From: Octopus sinensis
Lineage: Eukaryota
DNA length: 64,000 bases
Reading direction: 5' to 3'
Assembly (NCBI RefSeq): GCF_006345805.1
Contig: NC_043005.1
Location: 94,860,001-94,924,000, forward strand
This document shows positions 54,725 to 64,000 of this stretch, piece by piece. Position numbers and translations under genes: made by a program. Under the pieces are notes generated by a model that saw nothing but the letters and a program-made list of their open reading frames with translations, searched no databases and was not told the DNA's origin. The stretch's first letter is position 1; each line of letters begins with the position of its first letter.

Positions 54725-57072
54725 ATGATTGACAAAACCAGTAACATTTATAACATTGACATCCCTACATACCATGAATTACTACACAAAGAAATTACTA
54801 AGAAATATAAAATTGTACCTTTTAACACACTTAGAAAACTGAACCTTGAGATTAGAGAAATAATGTTGGATTATTACCTAGAAGAAAAAACGGAACCTTA
54901 TACCCCCACTAGACCGAGAATCACACTCAAGGACCATAAAAAAAACTTTCTTGGTAACACGCAGGTCAGATTGATTTGCCCTACCAAATCTGACTTAGGC
55001 AGACTGAGTAAACTTATTCTGGATAAATATCTACCTACTATACGTAACAAGATTAAACTTAGCCTTTGGAAGAATACTCAAGGTGCACGGGATTGGTTTT
55101 CTGCCATAAAGGTCAGTGATAATAATAGAAGTAAATTCATCCAATTTGATATACAAAATTACTACACATCCATAAACCCTATTATATTAAATAAGGCTTT
55201 AATTTTTGCTAGGAGACACACTAAATTAAGTATGGGAGAGATTAAGGTTATATTAACAGCTAGGAAAACTTTAATAGAGTTTGATAACAAACTTTGGGCT
55301 AGAAAAGACACACCCAACTTGTTCGACATCACCATGGGATCGCCGGATTCAGCGGAAGTGACTGATCTGGTTGGGATGTATTTACTAGATAACATTAGTA
55401 GGGAATTCCCTGAATTAAAAGGAGGACTATATAGGGATGACGCTTTATTTTTGGTAAATAATACATCAAATAGGAGACTGGATCTACTGAAAAAAAGACT
55501 AAATAAATTTTTTAAAAGTTTTGGCCTATCCATAATTATTGAAAATGAAAACTATTCTGCCAATTATTTGGATGTCAATTGCAACTTTACTAATGGGATA
55601 CATGAACCTTATATTAAACCCAATTCTAACTTAGTATATATAAACCGTTCTAGCAATCACCCCCTCAAATTAAAAGATCACTAGTGCGTAGCATTAGTCA
55701 GAGAATCTCTTATCTATCCTCAAACGGGGACATTTTTAATAAGCATTGTGATAGATATAATACAGCATTGCTGAAAGCAGGATACAAAAGTAAAATATGG
55801 TATATACCCAAGGATAATCCTTCAAATACAGGTGGAACTATTAGGAACAACGCCAATAGATTTAGGACAAACAATAATAACTGTAAGACAAGAAAAAATA
55901 GGATATATAAAAACGCATATGATAATTATAGAGGTGTTGTTAATCTCGGAGCTGTTGACGGTAGTTTAAATAAATTAGCGCACATAAGTGATGGTAGTAA
56001 TATTAATAATACGCATATCAAAACTAATGGTAGGTATGATAATAGTAAAGTTTATTTACGCAATAATTATGGGAATATTGATAATGATAGGCATAACAAT
56101 GACATTATTAAGGATAGTAAACATAGGGGATGGTCGAGGAATAAGGTTTTTACTAAAAATAACAAGTTGATAGGCAACCCTAATACTGATAAGGATACAC
56201 TATGGCTGATATTCCCATATGCATTGCAGATAAAAACAGACATAGTTAGAGCTTTGCACAATGTAATATTTAGGCATTTTGGTAAGGGTAAGAATAAATT
56301 TGGACATTTAATTAACAATGGTACTGTTAGAATAGGATATAGCATTACACACAATCTAGCCACCATCATCTCCTCATTTAATAACAGGAAACTGGATTAC
56401 TTCTATAACGATAGAAAGTTGAATTTAGATAATAGTAATTTGCCTCTCTATATTCGTAGGAACAATATATCTTTTGGAGCTAACACGAACAACCCCCTTG
56501 CAAATTATGATGGTACCGTACCTGTAAGGAAAAATATTAATGTAATAGATGATACCACTACCACCAATACTATTACTATTGATAGGAATATCGCCAATAA
56601 TGATAAATCAAATCATTCGTTGAATTTGGGATTGGACAGTATAAAAAATTGTAACACTATTAATGGGAATGGTGTTACAGGAATGTTGGCCAATGTTACA
56701 TTACCCCAACCTGTTGATAACTGTAATTTCAGAAACAGAAATAAATGTGTGTTTGGTAATCAATGCCTCAAGAAAGAGGTAGTTTATCAATACACTGTGG
56801 ATACACAATTTAGTAGTAGGGTATACATCGGAGCAACTATGAATAGCATGAAACAGAGACTTAATTATCATAGATATACTTTTAGAAATAAAAATAGGAT
56901 GTACTCTACGGGGTTAAGTGCGTATATTTGGGAACTCAAAAGTAAGAACTTGGATTTTAAATTAAATTGGAAAATACTAACTTCTGCACCTGTATATAAT
57001 GGAAAAAATAAAAAATGCTCTCTATGTATTAATGAAATTTTTTTCATTATCAAAGCTTTTTTACATTCATAA
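54725..57072 (+). mobile_element. Penelope-like element, Naiad-type RT + C-terminal GIY-YIG; 5'-truncated with one frameshift
   Basis: DKTSNIY, ITLKDHK.NF, RLICPTKSDLG, FIQFDIQNYYTSI, ITMGSPDSAEV, GLYRDD, ANYLDV, YINRSSNHP; a -1 frameshift at about 55680; then SISQRIS..S, WLIFPY, CN.RNRNKCVFGNQCL, VVYQ...VYIGAT, LSAYIWELK and KKCSLC. Confidence 0.88.
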
Positions 57073-59179
57073 ACTACCGTACACTTTCTCTAGATTTAAA
57101 TAGAACTTAGCTTTTCTAATAGTAATATTTTAACTCTCCTCTGTATCTAATTATACTAGTAGTCTTCTACAATTTTAAAACATGCAACTTATAAATTTAT
57201 AATTTTGTAATTGTGTAGCTACACATGTATATAAATATATATGTTCTGTATTAATTGTTTTTTGCTTTTGGTTTTTTGTCCTGGTTTATAAGGGGAATAC
57301 ACTGCGACAAGAAAGAATATATACATTTTGGTATATACACAGTATATATATTCTTGGAGATTTCCAAAATTGCAGAGTGTGTATGAGTATCATAGTTAGA
57401 TACCTGGTTTTAGATACTGTAATACTAATATGCAATAAATGTGAGTCTATATTGGATTTTGTTTGTTTTGGATGAGTATATGGGTTTTTGCAGGTATTTA
57501 TTTGGCAGGCTTATATATTGTATATTTAGTGTATCTTTGTACTCATCTAAATTTGTATCTTATGTTATTTATTAATAAACCTATTCATTTACTTACATTT
57601 GGCTTTATACATATTAGCAGTCTTATATATTTAGTCTATATTTGTACTCATCTTGATTTGTACATTATGTTATTTATCTATTTATTTATTCATTTATCTA
57701 TAGGTAAATGTTTACATAATAGTAGCCTGGATACTAAGTTTATATATGTAATTTTTTCAATGTATATCTTCATTTTATTTTATGTTATTTATCTATCTAT
57801 CTATTCTTTTATGCATATGTGGATATAAACATATTAGCATTACTATATATTAGGTGTACCTTTGTATTTATCTTAATTTGTTTTCTATGGTATTTATCTA
57901 TTTATTTATTCATTTCTTTATTTATATGTAGATATATACATACATATCCATTATTTATTATAATAAAATATATATACATGTATACTAGCTTGTACTTATA
58001 TTTTCATTTTAATTTTAATTATTTCATCTTATTTTATTTTATTACATTTTAATCTTAAGTAATTATAATTATTAACTTATAATTAATTTAATTTTTGTTA
58101 TTTACTTATATACTATTTTATTGCTAAGTCCTCCACTGATATTATTTAATGCCAAATCCTGTTAATTATTACATTTGTATTTATGTGTCCACTGATGCTT
58201 AAAAATATATTTATATATAAGTACTATGAATGTTTACACACACATCATATGTGAAAATATATGGTGTATGTGTATGTCTGTTGTTACACATGAGTATACT
58301 TATGGGCATGTAGATGTGAATGTAATTCTATTAGTTCGTTGATAAGGGTTTTAATAGATAAATATTAGTATTATAATAACATTGGATTTATTACGTAGAG
58401 ATGATATCTATTTATGCTATAAGGAGTTATTTTGTTTATATATCCTAGAATATTAGCGTATTTTGACTTCTTACAATTAATCTCTTATAATTTAATTATT
58501 ATAAACCGATGTTAACTTAGTATATATATATTTCTATGTCTTTTGATAGTCAAACGGAAATGTTTAATATATACTTTATAATTTAGCGTATGTTTGAATA
58601 TAGCATATAGCGGTTAAGTTAGCAGACTTTTAGTTATAAAACACTATGGTTACGAAAAATACGGTGTCATATGAATTATGTACCTTATGAAAAATTACAT
58701 TCTCTATCTTGATATAATTATATGTATCTTTGCATTTAATGTTTTATGGAAATATGTGAGTGGATCTTCTTAGTTAATACCGCGGCCTTGGTGTCGTTTG
58801 GGGGGGGGGCTGGATGTCTGCATGCATGTATGTGCAATCGGTTGGGTTCCTCTGTTTTTCCATCTGTATAGTTACGATTATACCTCTTATATTATTTATT
58901 TATTTATGATTTGGCTGTGTATGTGGCTATGTATGTGTGTGGGTGTATGTGTGTGTGTGTATACATATAATTATGTATGTATGTGCGCAGGATCTGTGGA
59001 TGTGCGTGTGCGTATGTGCGTTTCTTGGCTAACTAACCGTAAAATTTCCATTGTGATTCAAATTTAAAACTATAAGCCAATCGAATCTACCTAGGAAAAT
59101 CAATATCAAGCGGATAGATGGATTCGACTCATTGAGTATATATGTGGATGTCCGCTTGCTTTACATGGTACAATCATGG

Positions 59180-59232
<53 letters not shown>

Positions 59233-59543
59233 ATTAATATTAATTTTATTGACTTTTTGTATGGTTATACATTTTAATGAACTGGACTGTTTTATATATA
59301 TATGTCTGCTTTAAATTTAAATGTGAGTGTACATGTATTTCCTTGATGCTGGTTATGGAACTATTAGTCCAATATGGAAAATAACTGTGTTTGTTAATGT
59401 ATACTGATATATTTTGTTTGTATTGTATTAATGTGTATATATTGTATTGTATATATGTGTAGAATTATGAGTGTCTATGCACACATTTTTATATTTTATA
59501 TTTTTATATTTATATGTAAATTTTTTTCCCACTTATATTAAAT

Positions 59544-59654
59544 TCTCTGAAGAGGGCGTGAGACATCCTTGTTAATGTCTCATTTATACCTGCTTTATAT
59601 GGCTAATAGGTTAAATGAGACATACCTGTCTTCACGGCCGAAACAGCTGTCAGA
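59544..59654 (+). ncRNA. Type I hammerhead ribozyme with extended stem II
   Basis: TCT CTGAAGA GGGCGTGAGACA ... TGTCTTCACGGCC GAAA CAGCTG TC AGA. The core is intact, the triplet is GUC, stem III is palindromic, and stem II has an inner 11-bp helix TGTCTCATTTA/TAAATGAGACA. Confidence 0.75.
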
Positions 59655-59862
59655 TATGATGTAATTGTATTTTCTATTTCTATTTCCATGTCTAGTTATA
59701 TTTGCAATATATTATGTATAATGTCATGGCTGTTATGTAATGGTTTAATAAAGTATTGATTGGGTATTATCTGATGGTTGATGATTGATTTAGGTATGTT
59801 TCTGCATTTTCTCATTTTGTATATACATACATATATATATATATAGATATATATATATATTA

Positions 59863-59912
<50 letters not shown>

Positions 59913-59993
59913 AGATATATATATATATATATATATAATATATATATATACATGCATACGTCTACATAACAGCCCACTAACTATTCTACCTGA

Positions 59994-60041
<48 letters not shown>

Positions 60042-60086
60042 ACGGGAAGCTTTATGAAAATAAACAAAAGACGAAGGCAGGTGGAG

Positions 60087-60152
60087 TACAAACAAACAAT
60101 TGTGGGTATAGGGGTATGGTACAAACAAACAACTGTGGGTATAGGGGTATGG
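60087..60152. repeat. 33-bp tandem duplication within a pLTR-like repeat
   Basis: TACAAACAAACAA(T/C)TGTGGGTATAGGGGTATGG twice. Confidence 0.9.
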
Positions 60153-60632
60153 CTACCTACTACGTACATTTCCTATTTAGTACTGAGGATGTTTCATTTA
60201 TGAGGACGTACTCCTGTATTTGTATACACCCAGGAAGCGTAAAAGAATTGTACCTTTTAGAAAAAAATAGTTGGTTTTAGTGTGATATCAATCATGAATT
60301 TAAAGGCAAATAATGAACGCACGCAAGAACACAGAACGAGTTCTGGTGTAGCACTGAAGGAAATACTGGAGCGAAGCCACAATTGGTTAGATGACTGATG
60401 TCGCCACTGTATTAGTCTGACCGAAAAACAACAAAAACGTCATTACTTTAGGCACAGATTACGACATATGAAGAAGTCACGAAAGACTTAGCCGGGTTAT
60501 TTTGCGCACTACTGTGCGTGTGTGTGTGTGCGTGTTTGAATATATATGTATGCACATATATGCATGTATATAATATATATATATATATATATATACACAT
60601 ACACATGCATACATACATACATATATACATAC

Positions 60633-60675
<43 letters not shown>

Positions 60676-60940
60676 AATTGAGATAGGGGTTGTAAATGCA
60701 ACCCTCCATGGGATAATATATATCCAATATACTGCTAGTGAAGTACCCATATTGACTATGTATATTTGCATCTCGGTACTAATATGTGTATGTTTATTAT
60801 CACAATATTAAGTTGAAAAACTGAAACATTGAATGTGGAACATATATGTTTACTAATTTATATTATTTATTTACATCATTATGTATATGAATATTTTTAT
60901 ATGTATAGGAGTGTGAGTATATGCACTCATATGTATATGT

Positions 60941-61071
60941 ATATCTCCGAAGAGGCCTTATGATATTTTTGTAAATGTCTCATTTATATCTATATATTGA
61001 CCTACCATAAAAGGCTAATATTGGTAAAATGAGACATACTTATCTACATGGCCGAAACAGCTGTAAGATGT
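60941..61071 (+). ncRNA. Second extended-stem-II hammerhead motif (U4C core variant)
   Basis: ATATCT CCGAAGA GGCC ... GGCC GAAA CAGCTG TA AGATGT, with the same inner helix ATGTCTCATTT/AAATGAGACAT and different loops. Confidence 0.6.
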
Positions 61072-61418
61072 AATCTATACTTATATTTATATTTACTTAT
61101 ATTTATATTCTCTTTTTTATATATATTCTACTTATTATTCAACATTACTCTTTTATGTACGCTTTTTTATGTACATTCCTTTAAGCACACTGATTTGTTC
61201 TGCTTTTTTATGTTTAACCCTACAGTCTCTTATGTGGTGGTTTAATAAAGTATGTGATTGAGTATTATCTGGTAATTGATATTTGATTTAGATATTCTCT
61301 TTTTTATATATATTCTACTTATTATACAACATTACTCTTTTATGTACGCTTTTTTATGTACATTCCTTTATGTACATAAAGGAATGTACATTCCTTTATG
61401 TACATTCCTTTATGTACA

Positions 61419-63745
61419 ATTTGTACAACATCTTCCCGGTTCGGCCAGGCCCTTCTTGACGTGGCTGAAGATTGTTTTCTATCGCAACATGTTGAATATC
61501 CGACAAGGCATCGGTCTGGGCAGCAGCCATCTATGCTAGATCTGGTATTCTCCCGCTATCCAAGATCAGTGTCAGACGTATCTGTGTGCGCCCCTCTTGC
61601 CAAGAGTGATCATGCGGTCCTGAAGTTCGTCATGCACACAACTTTTTCCACGCCCACGGTTACTTCGCTGCCACGTAGAGTCTTCTCTGCAATTAATCTT
61701 GAAATTCTAACCGAGGCTTCCGCGCTACTGGACTGGCGTTCCCTGATGACGTTGTCCTCAGTTGACGAACTATGGTCATCCCTCAAAGCATATGTAATCT
61801 GTTTGACTGACCAGGCAGTTCCCGTTGGACTTCCCAAGAGGAAGAAACACAAGCCCTGGGTGACGAAGAAGGTTAAACGAGAACGTCGACTCAGAGATAT
61901 TGCTTGGGCTGAATTCAAAAATCTGGATTCGACTGCAGCTTTTGAGGTGTACAAAACTCAACGAGACCGAGCCGTGAAAATTGAAAAGAAAGAACGCTTC
62001 AGTTATGAATACAAAATCGCGGCAAATGTCAGTAGCAATCCAAAAACCTTCTTTGCCCATGTCCAGCGGAATTCCCGCTTGAACAACCAGATTGCAACGT
62101 TGGTAGACTCAACAGGCGTATCGATTGAGGACCCTTATCAACAGAGTCAATTATTTGCCGAGGCTTTTTCAACTATTTTCAAACAAGATGATGGTCGTGA
62201 ACCCCCTCCATTTGATAGATCGGTACCTCCAATGCTTCGATTGATCATCACGCGGGACCAAGTCAAACGGGTTATTCAAGGCCTCGATGTCAACAAGGGT
62301 CACGGCCCTGACGGCATACACCCACGGGTTATCAAAGCGTTGGCTCCGGTCATCTGCGAGCCCTTAACACGACTATTCAATATGTCATTGGCGACGGGTG
62401 TTATACCTGCAGACTGGAGAACAGCGATAATCTACCCAATTTTCAAGAAAGGGAGCCGCGAAGACCCGCTTAACTACCGACCGGTTTCCCTTACATCAAT
62501 AATCAGCAAGATGTTCGAAACCATCCTTAAGAAAAGTATGATGCTCCACCTCCTAAACACAGCCTCGATCACTGATTCCCAACACGGCTTCGTGCCGAAG
62601 AGATCATGCTTGACCAACATACTAGTAATGGAAGAATTGGTGACGCGCATCCTCAATGATAGTGATGCTGTTGACATCGTTTTATTGGACTTTGCCAAAG
62701 CTTTTGACTCGGTAAACTATCGCCTACTACTTGTCAAGCTTCAAGCATATAGTTTCCATCCGGATATTGTACGATGGGTTGGTGCCTTCCTCTCAGATCG
62801 CTCCTTCCAAGTTCAAGTTAATGGTTCGCCGTCCGACGTCTCCAGTGCGAGCAGTGGCGTGCCTCAAGGTTCAGTGCTTGGGCCCTTGTTGTTCTTAGTC
62901 TTCATAAATGACTTGCCCGACGACCTCACGCAACACACCCTTCTATTTGCCGACGATATCAAACTGGTCGCTCCTCGCGGTAGTATAGAGGATCTCCGTC
63001 GATGCCTCCACCAAATTTGGAAGTGGTCTAACGATTGGGACTTGAGTCTGAACGTGTCAAAGTGCTGTCATCTGCCTGTCGGCTCTACTCCTGCAACTCA
63101 ACTCGATTTCGAGCCGGGTCGTCTGCTGCTGGAGACGACCGATCAGGTAAAGGACCTGGGTATCTTGGTGGATTCCTCCTTTTCGCCTTCGGCCCAGTGC
63201 GTCCATGCTGCCAACAAAGCGCGCGGAATTCTGTTTTTGATTCGACGGTCATTCGGAATGCTCACAGCAGCCATATTCCTGCCACTCTATGTCACGCTGG
63301 TGAGACCCATATTGGAGTATGGGATTCAAGCCTCTTCTCCTTATCTCCTCAAAGACATACAGCACCTCGAAAGAGTCCAGAGGCTGGCTACCCGCATGGT
63401 TCATGGTCTCAAATTTGTCCTACGAAGAAGGGCTGAGGACGCTCGACCTTTGTTCTCTTGAAAAACGCCGCCGCCGTGGTGATCTCATTCTCGCCCACAA
63501 CATCATAAGCGGGAAGTGTAACCTCTCGAAAGAGCTGTTCTTCACTCCTGCTCCGGAGCGTCGGCTGCGGGGGTCATTCCCAAAAGCTCTACCTGCGACG
63601 ATTTCATCTCAATCGAAGGAGAGGAGCTTTCTCCGTCCGGGTTGCGGATCCGTGGAACAAGCTGCCAGACGAGATGGTGAAGATGCCGACGACCGCTTTG
63701 TTCAAAGCCTCCCTGGACCTCAAGTGGCCTGAACTCTTTACATGA
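61419..63745 (+). pseudogene. Partial APE + RT ORF of the CR1/L2-type LINE
   Basis: PTR..LDLVF..SDH, KGHGPDGIHP, NYRPVSLTS, QHGF, DFAKAFDSV, GVPQGSVLGPLLF, LFADDIKL, KDLGI and LERVQRLATR. Open for about 680 codons, then two frameshifts (about 63412 and about 63575) before the stop at 63743-63745. Confidence 0.92.
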
Positions 63746-63830
63746 ACACCACCCTGTACTTAACTCCATGTCCCCCTACATGGCCTTGCTATTTGCTTTT
63801 GAGCCAAATTAACTAACTAACTAACTAACT
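61419..63830 (+). mobile_element. CR1/L2-type LINE, 5'-truncated within the endonuclease, with (AACT)n tail and about 8-bp TSD
   Basis: TATGTACA at 61411-61418 and 63830-63837, and (AACT)5 at 63811-63830. Visibly more GC-rich than its flanks. Confidence 0.92.
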
Positions 63831-64000
63831 ATGTACACTGATTTGTTCTGCTTTTTTATGTTTAACCCTACAGTCTCTTATGTGGTGGTTTAATAAAGTA
63901 TGTGATTGAGTATTATCTGGTAATTGATATTTGATTTAGATGTATTTCTCCATTTTCTTATCTTGTATATATATATATGTGAAAAAACTTAACATATCTA

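Larger units (their letters stand above)
61105..63940 (+). repeat. 187-bp tandem duplication whose second unit is split by the LINE
   Basis: Unit 1 is 61105-61291. Unit 2 starts at 61292 and resumes at 63830 with the matching CACTGATTTGTTCTG...GATTTAGA sequence. Confidence 0.85.

Noticed and set aside
54713-57200. Selenocysteine recoding, as known for some Naiad elements
   Set aside because: No in-frame TGA: the break at 55682 is TAG arising from a frameshift and the terminal stop is TAA. I recognised no SECIS.

Overview
Repeat-dominated, AT-rich eukaryotic DNA, most likely cephalopod (Octopus-like). This assignment is inferred from the extreme (TA)n/(CA)n/(TAA)n microsatellite load and from SINE sequences I recognise as octopus-type. 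I cannot support any host protein-coding gene, rRNA, true tRNA or CRISPR array. The window contains: (1) two head-to-tail, degenerate Tx1/L1-clade LINEs from different subfamilies (1-11240), both ending in the same hairpin-AATAAA-AAGT(TATC)n terminus; (2) two oppositely oriented clusters (about 13.9-18.7 kb on +, about 46.9-50.8 kb on -) of R4/Dong-like restriction-endonuclease LINEs from four distinct families, embedded in (TAA)n arrays; (3) two Penelope-like elements, one Neptune/Poseidon-like at 42.3-44.5 kb (-) and one Naiad-like at 54.7-57.1 kb (+) with long Asn-rich linkers; (4) several type I hammerhead-ribozyme motifs with palindromic stem III, including two with a much extended stem II and a fold-back dimer; (5) a full-length dead mariner, a Tc1 fragment, hAT-type and other MITEs, and an inverted pair of Helitron/Helentron-like non-autonomous elements; (6) a GC-rich, young-looking CR1/L2-type LINE with a TSD and a fold-back 5' junction; (7) many tRNA-derived SINEs. 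All calls were made by eye; no alignments, folding or database searches were run.
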